Both the position numbers and the translations under genes were made by a program. From contig JAPEUI010000002.1 in assembly GCA_026025075.1 (NCBI GenBank), forward strand, positions 1-64,000: DNA of 64,000 bases, read 5' to 3'. Positions 23,128 to 35,812 of this stretch are shown here, piece by piece. Below the pieces are notes generated by a model. That model saw only the letters and a program-made list of their open reading frames with translations, had not been told where the DNA came from and made no database searches. Position 1 is the stretch's first letter. Every line of letters starts with the position of its first letter. This DNA comes from Vezdaea acicularis. Lineage: Eukaryota.

Positions 23128-24735
23128 AGCTACGAAAATCCCCGGCTACTGCCGAAGGAAGAGGGAGGTGCTCGCGTGATAACGGTTTCGGCGTGCTGGC
23201 TATTCGCATAGCGACATTGGAAACCGGAACGGAGTGTCGTGTGCCCCACCAGCTTCTTATTATACCATCAATGTATCCCAGCAAGCTAGTTTATCTGCGA
23301 ACGTCCCCTCCGAGAGCAATGCCTAATCTATGGTATCGCCGGCACTTCTCCTAGCGCCTGGCACGGGCCCTTTGCTGATATTCGCAACTATCCCCTGCCG
23401 AACGATATGTTGTAGCAGCTTCTCGCTTCCACAGGAAGGAGGCTTCGCGCGGGTGCTGATGGATAAGGAAGCTCGTACGCTTAGGCCTCTAGCCCTACGA
23501 TACGCCCCGAGAACGCAGCAGAGACAGGTGTCAGCGCATCTCCGGTATCTATTGCTGACGCTGTCTCATGACGCATCCAGGGGCCCTGAGGGGCGTAACT
23601 CAGGACCACGGTTGGGCTCGAATAGTCTCGTGAGTTTTCATCTCAGCGAGAGAAACCGAAGAGTCGCGGCCTAGAACTCACGAACCCCACGCGACACGGA
23701 AACGGCCCTGGTGGCATCGAAAGCCATGATCGACGACAAGGGCCGTTCCGGAAAAGTATCCCATCTGCATGACGTTCGCACGACTGGCGCGCCGGCGCGC
23801 AAGAACGTCCCTACCACCTGTCATCGGGGAACGATGGAGGGAGGAAGGAAGGAAGTATCTTACTCAGCCGGAATCCCAACCCAGGCATGTCACTCATCCT
23901 CCCACCTCGCCTGTCCTGGCCGGGCGCCGAAACTCCACGCACAGAGAGAAGGGAGGGGGCCGGGGGGGGGGGGTGGTAATCCAGCAAGCTCGAAAACGCG
24001 CAATGTCTTCGTTCTCGGCCGCAACAACCACGCTCTAGGGCTGATGCAGGAACGAAAACATGTCGTGGGCTGGCAGCGGCATTTGGGCGGTAGGGGGCGT
24101 GGCTCTGCATCTCCTACCCCTACTACAGTACCTGCTTGGGGGACCCAACGGCCGTTGTGCGGTGCAGATAAGCGCACGGACTCCCGCTGCGTCTATTCGC
24201 CTCGGATCCTTCGATGCGTTGTCTGACTTTCGCATGGCACGGTGAGAGAGCGCCCGCAATTAGCAGCTTTGGGGGATGTGAGAGGTCTTTTTGCGTTCTT
24301 GGCCGCAGTTGGAAGTTGGTGGTGGTGGGAGCGTGGGGGGGGGGACGTCGAGTCGGAGGGGCGATCGACACCTGGGTTTGAGATCTTGAGTGTGAAACGC
24401 TCGCTTGAATGTAGAGATAACGACGGCGAGGTCAGTGAGTGAATGGGTGCTGAGAGCAGTCTTATCAGCTTAATGCATGGAACAAGTGTTGTGAGCACTG
24501 TAATAAAGAATATGCTATTGACTTTCAATCTCTGAAATAGCTAGTCGCCTAAAAGCCCAAAGTAAAGCATAGCATTTTGGTCACCAGAAGCAGCGAGAAG
24601 CTCTTGATTTTCAAGGACGCCATCCACTCATAGCGCCAGATTTCCACGTGAGGACAACCACCTAGCGTGGGTCTTCGGAACCAGCAAATCGAGAGCGACC
24701 GTGCTATAATGAGCATGTAATGTCCCGGGAGCTCT

Positions 24736-27693
24736 TCAGAGCTTTGCCGAGAGAGTGCTAGTAGCCTCAGCTTTTAAGTTCCCGGACAAATGCCTTGAGA
24801 TGTAATCCGAGATAGCCATATTAGTTACCATCTATAGCACAAATTAGTAAGAGCTCTCAAGATAGGGGTCTGAAACAAACCGGATTGACACCCGACGCGC
24901 TTGGAAAGACGCTTGCGTCGGATACGTAGAGCCCTTCGGTGCCCCAAACCCTACCCGTAGGGTCCACCACGCTAGTTCGCTCAGATACGCCCATCCGGCA
25001 GCTACCCATTTGATGTGCGCTACCGAAAGACGTTATCGGACCCCCTAGTCCTGTCCGGCGGACTAGGCCTAGCCATTCTTGAAATTTAGGGTCGCCGATA
25101 CCCAGGTCTTGCTCATTGGCGCCTCGAGCGCCTCGTACAAAGGGGGGGACCCCTGGAATGATCGTGTGGATCTCTTCTGCGCCACTCACGAGGTGTACCT
25201 TGGCAAGAGCGACGATACCCTCCAGTGTATGTGCACGGTCGAATGCCGACGGGATGTACTCTATGCGTGGGAGGCCGCTGGTGGGGTCCGGATAGATGCG
25301 ACCAGTATCTCTGTCGCGTGTCAGGACAATCATCCCGACCATGTGCTTTAATTTCAAAGCTAGCTTCTTGTAATCGACGCCGCCGGTCCACAGCTGGAAC
25401 CCTAAGCCCCAGCCTGGCAGCATCACCGTCGTCTCAAGCTTCACTCCGTGTCCTTTCCCGTCCAAGTTCTGGAATTCATCGCACAATTTTGTCATTATAG
25501 AACCTATACTTGTCAGTACTTGATCTGATTCGGTTTATGAGGGGACTTGCCTTCCCAGGGTCTGATCTCTTCCTTATAAACGCCATATACAATACTAACG
25601 GGATGACAGTGAAAGTTTCGCCCTATCTGGGGGTTCTATATCTGCTGTTAGCACAGTTCTAGATTTGAAGTCCTGATCCACAAGCCCTCATCTGGCTGGT
25701 AGAAGTAGTGCGCGCCGTGACTTTCCATATAACGACGAGCGACTTGTTATACTGGAGGCAGCTATGCCGTAAGAGATCTCAAGTGTGGTTGAGGGAAGGC
25801 CATTTCACAAGGATCCGTTTATATTATGAGAGGTCTCTCACGTAACGGGGGCCTGCCTATTAAACGATAGGACATTCACACTATGAGAGGTCTTGCATAT
25901 AATGAGAACTCGGGATTTGTTGCTCATATGAAGAAAGACTGCGTCTGAGGAGACTTGCTTATGGAATGAGATGTTGCCCATACAACGAGAGATTACTTGG
26001 AAAATGGGAAGACATTCGCATAATGAGATATCGCTAATATCACGAGCGCTTACCCGTGATATGAGAAGCACTTTATACGCTCGGAGGCCGTTCGTGCTGT
26101 TGGAGGTGACACATTTCATGAGAGTAGGATCCGCCTGGAATTGGCTTAAGACGTATCGTTTGAAAATGCCTGTACTTACTTTAAGGCCACTCTTCAACAG
26201 AAGCAGCGGACTCCACAGAGTTCCAGCAGAGATTACTACTCTTTTCGCTTTGATGATGACTTCTCTTGTCACACGATCGGGTCCAAGCAACTTTCCTTCC
26301 CCATCTCTGCTTGTCCATTGTCCCCTAACTCCAACAGCAGTTTTCTTTCCTTCGCGATTCTCGAAGATTATTTCGTTGACCTTGAGACCCTCTATCGTCT
26401 GAGCCCCCGCTTTGACGGCGTCCGGTAGCCAAGAAACGATAGGGCCTTGCTTTTCTACCGCGCCGCATCCTAGTGTGCAGTACCCGCAATAATGTTGATT
26501 TCCACCAGTATTCTGGGGAAGGTCTCGGATGGCCCAGCCCAGCTGACGAGTAGCTTCCGCAAGCTTGATGTTGGGGACGTTGTGTTTTATATGCTCTGTC
26601 GAGACTCCCATTCGGTCATAGACCCTATCCAACGATTTTTGGAACCCTGGTGTCTCAAAGAACTTCAACCCAGAGTCGGCCCATTCTTTGCGCACGAAAC
26701 CCTGGGTTTGCAACGAGGCTGACCAGTTGACTGTGCCGCCCCCTCCCCAGCCTGCACCCGCTATGATTGACACGCTGTTGTCGTCAGTATTGATGACACC
26801 CCCACTCTCAAAAAGATTGAACCCCGCGTTGATTTCCGTCATGGGCAGATGCTCTGGAGTGAAGTAGTATCCTTTGTCAACAACAATGACTCGATGGCCA
26901 TCTTCTGCAAGGTTTTTTGCTACCACCGCACCGCCGCAGCTGGAGCCAACGACAATAACGTCAGTCTCCAAGACTTCAGGTTCTGTTCCGGCTTCGAAGC
27001 TAAGGAAATGATAGTCAAAGCCTTTGCCAGGCTTTCCATGAACGGGTGCTCTCGGAAAATCAGCAGCTTTTCCAAGCGTAGGACTTGTTCGAAGCCAAGC
27101 CACCTTGACCAAGCTCGTGAGCGCTCTGAAACCTTGCTGCAAAGGCCCGAGATAGCTTGTAGCCCACCCTTTGATGATTGCTTCACGCTCTCGAACGGAG
27201 CGTGCCTCTATCGGTGTGGTTGACCCTGTGAATAAGAAAGACCCTACGCGGGTGCTAGGGTTGCTCTATGTCAATTATTTTGCTCAAATACTTCCCCCAA
27301 TATTAAGATGGAATGACCCATAACATACTTGAGCGCGTTTAGAAAGAATATAGTGCCCTTTCTCACATCATCATTGACGTTATCGCGGAGAGTTCGTCTA
27401 ATATAGTCCCTGAACGGCTCTAGATCGGACGGGCGCTCGGCGAGAAAGCTGTCTAGCTCTCCATTGCTGGACTTAGCCAGCTGGTCAAACGTCTTCACCG
27501 TCAGAGCATAATCATCTCTCGGGAGTTGGAGGTCAGCGGTGGGGTCTGATCCCTCAGCTGATTTGATGGATGGAATAATAGCGTCGGCAATGGCCATTAG
27601 GGTCTTGAATTGAGATGGCGTGAGTACATCCTCCCCTACTGGAGGCAAAGCCACCGGTAAGGGCTGAAACATACTCAGTTGTTGCGCTGTCAT
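24736..27693 (-). CDS. FAO1: Long-chain fatty alcohol oxidase/dehydrogenase (GMC oxidoreductase) with PTS1. Exons 27693..27329, 27254..26180, 25635..25551, 25503..24881, 24831..24736
   Basis: DVIVVGSSCGG, GGGTVNWSASLQ, HYCGYCTLGC, NPQIGRNFHCHP, SAHQMGSCRMG and DASVFPSASGVNPM. Ends ..LSAKL*. Intron 2 is 544 nt; intron 3 is GC-AG. Confidence 0.92.
25823..26133. repeat. Degenerate 19-bp tandem array within FAO intron 2
   Basis: ATGAGA at 25826, 25883, 25902, 25966, 26023, 26061 and 26118, with variants (ACGAGA, ATGGGA, ACGAGC, ACGATA) at the intervening 19-bp positions. Confidence 0.75.
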
Positions 27694-30153
27694 TATGTAG
27701 AGTCCTTCTTGAGGACTGTGGATCTTGATTTGTTGGTTATTCCTTCGAGAGAATTTGAGGCGTAATCGTGGGGAAGAACTCAGGAGAACTACGGATACGC
27801 ACACAGCTCTAATGCAGGATCCCGACTGTTACGCCCGTAATGGTTCAGTACGTTATAGGCACTTGTGATGTCCAACTAGATAGACATTTGCCGCGTAGCT
27901 TCCGGCGACCGTCCTCGAGCAGAGTATCCAGAGATGAAGAGAAGGGTTCCTAAAGGTGGTACAGAGTGTAACCAGAAGTCCACGCTTTCAATGCCAAGTG
28001 GAAGGAAGGCAGACATCATGAGTCTGAGCGCGCGCGCAGTACCAGGATTGGGAAAGGCATCTCCTTTCCGCGACATCGATCCCTGTCACACATCGAGAAT
28101 GCGGGGTTCTAGCGTAGGCACGCCACTAAGTCGCGCGAGAGGGGGACAAAGGAAACGATCGCACCACAGAATAGCCTACGGGAGGATGCTGGAGATCGTC
28201 ACGCATCAAGTTGAAAGAGAAAGTGGTCTCGAATTGCACATTTGAAAGTTGTACGTAATATGTGAAACGGTAAGCTCTGTAACCTTACTAACCATTTTGA
28301 GATGCACGGCATCCCGCCTACCGAACAACAGTCGACAGCAGCACTTCAGCCTCAATTTTTCCATTTCATCTATTGTGTTAAAGTACGAGTACCTTTGTGT
28401 CATTGGACTACGAGTTCCACTACTACGTCGGTTTGAATGCAGATCGTATCCCGAGCGTTGCATATATGTAGATCGGTAAAGTATCGGCTTTCGATAACGC
28501 CGGGGGGCCGACGACGTTCATGTGCCGCAAGCTTTGGAAAGAAACTGAGGACGGTGACATGCTCTTGTCCATGCTTTGCTGAATGTGCCAGCTTTACGGA
28601 AGCTTCATTGTTTCTCAAAAGGCCGTGAAGGACGAACACGTGACCCTCCATACTTTGCGGTAAGGTGCGGAAAGGTCCCGAAAGCCTTAGACTCCCTCAA
28701 TTGGCGCTATAAGCCATTGACGGGCGGACGACCAATGGCGACGAGGCGATAACAACTCGCAGTGGTGGCCGGCATGTGAAACGTTTTCGATGATCGTACG
28801 TCGCTGCCGTGCTGCAAAGACGTCCAACGATGGATGCAAAAGCATGTTGATGTGGACTGAGCTCGACCCCGACTCCTTGTACGACACACGACATTCCCCG
28901 CCACTTAAGCTTTCGGGAAGAAAAAAAAAAGTAATCTGTGATGCTTGATAGGCCACGGCTGTGCGCGACCTTCTTCCCCGGTTTTCGACTTTGGTACGAT
29001 CGCAAGGAGCTGTTGATTGCCGTTGAGGCCGGACAATCCCACCGTGGCTTTCTCTCCACAACTTGTGGGTGTTATGCGATTTCTGTTGACTCTCACCCGT
29101 TGGCCATGCTTGTCACCCGAAAGCCCGATCGGTCTAGAGCGGGGCGGGCAGATTAGAAGGGTATTGTATAGCTCTGCGCCTTGGGTCTTCTAAACCACGG
29201 CTCTACTGTTTCGGGGGGCTATAGTCGGCGAGGGAGGATCACAGTCTTGCAGACTCGCATGGCTAATCGAGATGACAGGCAGTGATAGATAGCTCTAGTG
29301 ATGCATACTTGCGCCCTCCGCAGGCAACATGTCCTCGATCCGCGGACCACAGAGATGCTGGGAGTTTGCTGAGTTGCATCGCTCCACGTTAATGCCGGGA
29401 TCGATACGCTTTACCCCGAGATCTCTGGCCTCCATCTCCATAATCTGCCGAGTTCCCAGTACCTTTCCCCAGAATCCGGCGATCTAGACTAGATTTAGTA
29501 TGCTATAGTTGAAACTCTAAAGGTATCCCGACGTTGTGCCCAGAGAAAGTCGCATATCAGCTTTTTGGCGGGCCTCGCTCTATCACCCACCCGTCCTCGT
29601 TGCTTTTTAGTTTGATCGCGCCCCAACTTTAACTTACTCCGCCACTCATCGCCCAACTGTGGTGACTGCTCATGTCGAATCTTTGTACTTTTTCTCAACG
29701 ACACGTGTAATAAGGCTGTCCAACTCCGTCGTTGTCTTAAGACATCTTCGCACGAACCCAGAGCTTCCGTCCTACATTGAAGGCCAACTTCGCCAAGTTT
29801 ACGCTCCGCTTCGTCATTAACGTGGGGAGACTGCCCACAAACGGCCACTCGAGGAGCGACAAAGCCTTGCACGTAGCCATTCTGTGCTGCGATTGAGGGG
29901 CAATCTACGAATCACACACTGCTACGACGCTCCATACTCCCTCTCTCCCGTCTAACTTAGGAGGTAATCGCGGATTTGATGTCGTACCAAGGCTGAGCTA
30001 TCGTTTGCGCTCCACGAGCGCGCTGCTCACTTCGCAGGAGTGTAGCCACTACCGCTCTACGCGGTGCCGTGTATGATAAAGGGGCGCTTCTGGATCATCA
30101 AGAGAGCCTCTACCGTCGTCGTCACTCGAAAGATTGCCACATAGATTCCCGAA

Positions 30154-31531
30154 ATGTCCACTAACGTCTCGCCCCCGCAGCAATACTCTCCAGGAACCAC
30201 GTCTCCTCAACCCTCAGGCTTCGGTTCAACGCAACACACACCACCAGAAAGCGGAGCTGCTGGCCAACAGCCTGCTGGATTCGACAGTCTCCGCGGCCTC
30301 TCACATCTCCCTCCTCACGCCCGTCAGCTCCAACCTCCCAGGGCCCCGCTTTACCGGCCATCAGTGCTTCGACCAACGGAGAGACCAGCTCGTCCATACC
30401 CTCCCACTCCACCGGACAGCAGCAATGCAAGCTTGGATAGCCTCAACGCCGCCGAAGCGCGTGCGATGCCCCGACTGTTCACCACTCAGAGTGCAGGCAC
30501 GCCGTTGACACGAGTCGCCGAGGACGATTGGCTGCTGTCAGAAGGGCAAGGGCAAGCGACGGGACCACCTACAAAGCAGCACTGGAAGGTAAGCTTATAT
30601 GTCATCTGTTTGTCTAGAGCATGTTGAGTTCGCGAATGATATCACCTTTAGAGTTGGAGGAAGCCTCGTACCGAAAGCTATTTGCGCAGCCATAAATACA
30701 CCTTCGTCCGTGTCTTCTTGCAGTCCTCTCTCCCTTCTACCAGCGATTATTCATTTTCTGGGGATGATTTGGCGTGAAAGCCGGATCGATCATTCCACGT
30801 TGAGAGACGTTCTCGGCACAGATGCTCCTCGGGCCATCGTGGAGCATCACGAAAGGCTTCGCTAAGTATAAGAAATGTCAACGGTCCAAGCACGCGAGAA
30901 GAGCGATGCTTGCGCAATGCAATCCTGATGCTGTTCCGTGGCTGCCATTATCCTTGCCTCTCTTTGGTTCTCTGACACCCGTCCGGCTCGCTTGTATGCA
31001 AGTCGAGCTCGGGGCAGGAAACTTTTTGCTTTTTTCGTTTTTCTCTCTAGCCTGACCGCATGATCACGAGTGCATCTGCTAATGGCGGCTTTTTTCTCAA
31101 ACGCATAGCGCGACGAAGAATGCACGACTTGTCACGACCCGACTTGCATGAAGTCGTTCAACCTCTTCGAACGACGTCACCACTGCCGTCGCTGCGGATG
31201 GGTCTTCTGCAACGAGCACACGCCCTACACCGTCCCGCTCGACCAGCACGCGCAGTTCCATACGAACGGGCTCTACAACCGCGCCTGCAACGAGTGCTGG
31301 AACCAATATAAGAGATGGGAGGTGCTGCGGCAGACCCGGAAGAACAGCTCCGGCACTGATTCGAGCTCCCAGAGCGCCTATCAGATACCCTCCACGCCGA
31401 CCATGGGCATTAACTCTCCCGGCGGGCTTCGCACCCCAACTGCAGGTGGACCGAACGACTCGCCCAACGACCAGCGCGTTGGTAGCGTGGCGGGCAGTGT
31501 TCCAAGGGACTGGAACTGGAGCACCTTCTGA
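30154..31531 (+). CDS. FYVE zinc-finger protein. Exons 30154..30588, 31109..31531
   Basis: HWK|RD..C..C..FNLFERRHHCRRCGWVFC..RACNEC and a C-terminal DWNWSTF. A 520-nt intron (GTAAGC..GCTAAT..TAG) is in frame. Confidence 0.9.
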
Positions 31532-32550
31532 GACTTACCGTATTAGATTGGTCCAAGAGGCTATCTGCGATCTTATGCATTAGATCTTGCTACGTCAGCG
31601 ATCTTACGAACAACCATTGCTATATCTTCCCTTGCTCTCCCGCGGGTCATTCCGCACTTTTCAGATCTTTCCGCCGGAATTGCTCTTGTGCCCTAGAGTC
31701 TGCACTTGGGACAAGCTTACAGTCACGCTATCTGAGGGTTTCAAGCGCTATTACGATTTTCAACGATCACGCTGCCACGGCCGCTTCTTTGATATTGCGA
31801 TCTAGACACCTATCGCCGAAGGTATTGATCGCTCCCTAGAAAGAAAGAAGAAAGAAGAAGGGGCGAGGGAGGCGAGACTTGAGCTTTTATGCCTTGCGGC
31901 CTAGATAAGGGGGCACACGATTCTTTTCCTTCTCCTCCTTCTTCTCCTCCGCACAGATCGAGTTCCGCAAATACCCGTATGGCTCTCTCTTTTTGCTTAT
32001 AGATGAACCTTTCTTTTTCTTTTCTTTGGCGCGGCTTCGACTTTAGAAACTTGGCGGCGTTGCATTGCCTGGTGGCGTCCAAGGCCGGCCGGGCGCGGAA
32101 ACGACAGAGTAGGGAGGGAGATGGTGGTAGCAGATCATGATAATGCCCTTTTTTGCTCTCATCTACTTGCTGCGCTCTCGTGAAGCCTGGTCTGGGCCTA
32201 TAGGCAAAGACGAATAATGGTGCGAGCCTGCAAATCGCCGTACAACGATATTACCCCCCCCCCTTCCTCCCCGGAACCACAAGCTCTAGTCCTAGCTTGC
32301 TTGCGTCCGGGGCGCAGTGTCAGGCACTTCATGCGCGTACCCATGATTCGACGTGATATGGCGGGTTGGTAAAGTGCCGACTACCCCAGAGCGAGGGCGC
32401 TCGTATACTTCACTTTAGTGTCTCTCTCTATCGTCAGGACACACGATGATGATGGTTCGTCACATAAATTGTGCCCTGAGACGAGTACTTCTGACAAGCT
32501 TGGTATCTGTTGACGGATATATACACAGTCGAACCCCCCCACAAACCCTC

Positions 32551-34390
32551 CTAAACAGCCTTCAGCTTCTTCTGCAAACCCGTCTTCAACCTCCTCTCCA
32601 CAGCATCCAAATACTCAGTCGTAGTCTTATAATCCCTCCTCTCCTTCTTGCCACACGCAAGGGCCAGATCCTTAGTCATGACGCCATCCGTATCAACGGT
32701 TTGCACACACGCCTCCTCCAAGGCCTCCGCAAACGCAACGACATCCGGCGTATGATCCAACTTGCCGCGTTGGGCCAGTCCGCGGGTCCAGGCGAAGATC
32801 GAGGCGATGGGGTTGGTGCTGGTCTCGTTTCCTTTCTGGTGCTCGCGGAAGTGGCGCGTGACGGTGCCGTGGGCGGCTTCGGATTCGAAGGTCTGGCCGT
32901 CGGGCGTGATCAGGATGGAGGTCATGAGGCCGAGGGAGCCGAAGCCTTGCGCGACGATGTCGGATTGCACGTCGCCGTCGTAATCTAGAGGGGGGTGTTT
33001 AGCAGCCTTTCGGGCAAGCTCTCGAGGGCTCTTGGGATGAACTACTTACTTTTCATGGCGATGATGAATCCGCCTAAGCTCTTGATCATTTGCGCGACCA
33101 TGTCGTCGATCAAGCGGTGCTCGTACCATATCCCCTTTTCTTTGAATTGGTCCTTGTACGTACTTTCATAGACTTCTTCGAATATATCTTTAAATCTTCC
33201 GTCGTACTTCTTGAGGATAGTATTTTTTGTGCTCATGTATAGTGGTAAAGGTTTCGATAAGGCCATCTTGAAACTTGCGTGCGCAAACCCCGTGATTGAT
33301 TCGTCCGTATTATATTGAGTTTGTGCTACACCTCCACCGTTCTGGAACTCGTACACCTTGATGACCTCGGGCTTCCCCCCAGCAGGCGTGAAGACCATCT
33401 CAAGCGTGCCTGGACCTTTGGCTACATAGTCTTTTGCTCTGTATTGATCGCCGAAGGCGTGCCGTCCAATTATTATAGGCTTTTGCCAGCCGGGCACAAG
33501 GCGGGGTATGCGAGGGATGACTATGGGCTCTCGGAATACGGTTCCTCCTCTAATGGCATATTAGTATTATGCGAGATATCTCGACTTATGAACGCACAAA
33601 TGATTTCGTATGGTCCCGTTTGGTGACAACCACACTAAATCGTAAAAGTTAGTTGGCCGTGATTGACTGCAGCTTCTGACATACTCTGCTTTAGCTTGAA
33701 TTCCTTCACTCGAGCTTCATCTGGAGTGATTGTCGCGCATTTCACGCCCACCGAATATTTCCTGATTGCCTCCGCCGCATCCAACGTGACCTGGTCATTC
33801 GTCTCATCTCGATACTCGATACCCTGACTGGGTTAGCATAGAAAACCCGGGTTCTGTCGAGCAGCGTTTCTAACCAAGTCATAATACTTGAGATCTATAT
33901 CCAGGTATCTGGGGAAAGGGGAACATCAGATAACTATGTCCAGGCTGCGTAAACCTTGAGCAACTCACGGATGTATAAACTGCGATACAGAGTCCTTAGC
34001 TCCAACCTTCTAATAATTGAGGGCTTTTGGAACATACCTTATCCTTGATATCTCTCCATATAATTCGAGTCATCTAGTCGTCCACAGCGTGAATAATCCG
34101 AAGAGGCTGGGATTTGAGACCTGCTCATACCTCATCACCATCTAGCCTTGAGCAGATCTCTAGGTCAGCTATGCTGAGAGTCATGTATTTAGGAGGGAAG
34201 AACCGGCGTACTCCACAACAGGATTCTTGACCTTGATCTTATTCCCTGATGTTGCCATATTCCGCCGCTGGTGTGGTCCATGTATCATTCGGACAGATAG
34301 CCTCCTCGCTGAGTACGGTCTATGACGGGCGAATGTTATGGGATTTGCTTTTCTGGGAACGCGAAATGTGGGATTCATAAGGAGTGACAT
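32551..34390 (-). CDS. IDP1: NADP-dependent isocitrate dehydrogenase, 9 exons: 34390..34212, 34146..34131, 34073..34038, 33979..33969, 33908..33875, 33823..33685, 33634..33598, 33549..33050, 32984..32551
   Basis: [69 protein letters not shown] and [11 protein letters not shown]. All eight introns checked in frame. Confidence 0.97.
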
Positions 34391-35812
34391 TGGGTTGAAG
34401 GCGACTTTGTTGCGCGGTTGACAAGAAGCTCCTCAAGAGCTCTCTGTGCGATGACGACCACCTTGGAAAGAAAGCAATCAATTGATAAGCCGAGAAAGTC
34501 CCAGATATAAGAAAGTCAACGAGGGTATCAAATTTATGCTCTATATACAGAAATTAGACGCTGAATAGACTTTGAGAGAAATTCGTGAAGCGGGGCTTGA
34601 GAAAGTTGCTTTTGTCGATCCTTCTGCCGAAGATGCCCGCCGTCATAAATGCTCTCGTGCACGCCCTGTTTGGCACAGGAATACGTCCAAAGAGTTGACT
34701 TTCGATATCTCTGAGCATTGGCTATATATCTGCTATAAGCACGTTGTTTCTGGGGAACGTCAATGTAGCTAGGTTCGGATGGTTGGTTTTACCTACAGGC
34801 AAATATGAGAGCCAATCACAACTCGTGTATTTCTAGAATTTCTCGTTCGCTTTTCCGATTGGTCTGTTAGTAACAAAGCCAAGAACGAGGCCCCCAGTAT
34901 TTTTCTGAGCTCATTTGAAAACCATTTACAAATGCGAGTGGGAGCTGATCGGAACTTGCGCGTTTGACATGACTACTGTTGTCACTTTACTGTACTAGAG
35001 GCTTGACGGCCCGCTGCACGGGGAGCTTCATCCGGCTGGACTCGAGGAGCGCTGCAGAGAATCCACTCACGAGCCAAAATCAACCAAACTCTACTTTTCT
35101 GCTTCCTCAGCCGTCTTGTACTAACTAAACCTTCAAGAAGATCTTCCCGCCGACCAGGCTCGGCACGATGGTCCGATCAGACCACCGACCCATGCGGGAT
35201 CGCTACCTCGCCCCGGATGCGGGATAACGCCAGATGCGGGCCATTACGGTGTCTCCCACAATTGGCGGCTCCACCCCGCCTTCCGATAACCGGGCCTCCC
35301 TAGCTCCCGCCAATGAACCTCGAACTTCGGGCAGGGATTGTTGATGCCGCCCAGATCCTCGTCGTCGTGATGCCTCCAGCCGGGAACCACTTCAAGCTTC
35401 TGCTCTATTTAACCTTTCCAATGGGGTCAAGACGCTTTATGGAGGGGGCCACAATTGGTCCCGGCTCTCGGGGCATGGTTCAGCTGGCCCACGTCGACTG
35501 CACCCAAAGGCCCAATGGTTCTCAATCGCGGGTCTCCGTTCTGCTCCCTTACAGATCGTTCTCCTGATTGTCCTGATCTGCAGCAGACATGCATTGGCGG
35601 CGTAGCACACCCACTAGAGAACATTGCCCCGCTTCCTTCCCTGATCGGGCTTGATCCTCGCGCCAAGCTGGTATCGATGTGCATGGTGTATAGCTCCTGG
35701 CTATATAGGACGGTAGGGATGGTCTAGGTCCAGCCGTCGGTTTTTGCTCGGCCTTTGTTCTATCATCCCTCATTTCTTCTCTGAGTCGTTTCTCGTCTTT
35801 TCAACCATCAAG

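Noticed and set aside
23330..24528. Overlapping GC-rich ORFs, including a hydrophobic-start ORF at 24193..24528
   Set aside because: Non-ATG starts or low-complexity translations; consistent with intergenic DNA.
25823..26133. CRISPR-like interpretation of the periodic ATGAGA array
   Set aside because: It lies in a eukaryotic intron, has a 19-bp period with only a 6-bp core, and has no true repeat-spacer structure or cas genes.
25838..26179. C-terminal ~113 aa of the 434-aa ORF 25838..27142
   Set aside because: This is read-through into the 544-nt intron; oxidase homology resumes at 25635 (NPQIGRN).
27700..30150. 2.4-kb intergenic region examined for tRNA, ncRNA or a hidden gene
   Set aside because: No cloverleaf, Pol III boxes, long inverted repeats or coherent exon chain seen by eye; probably divergent promoters and UTRs.
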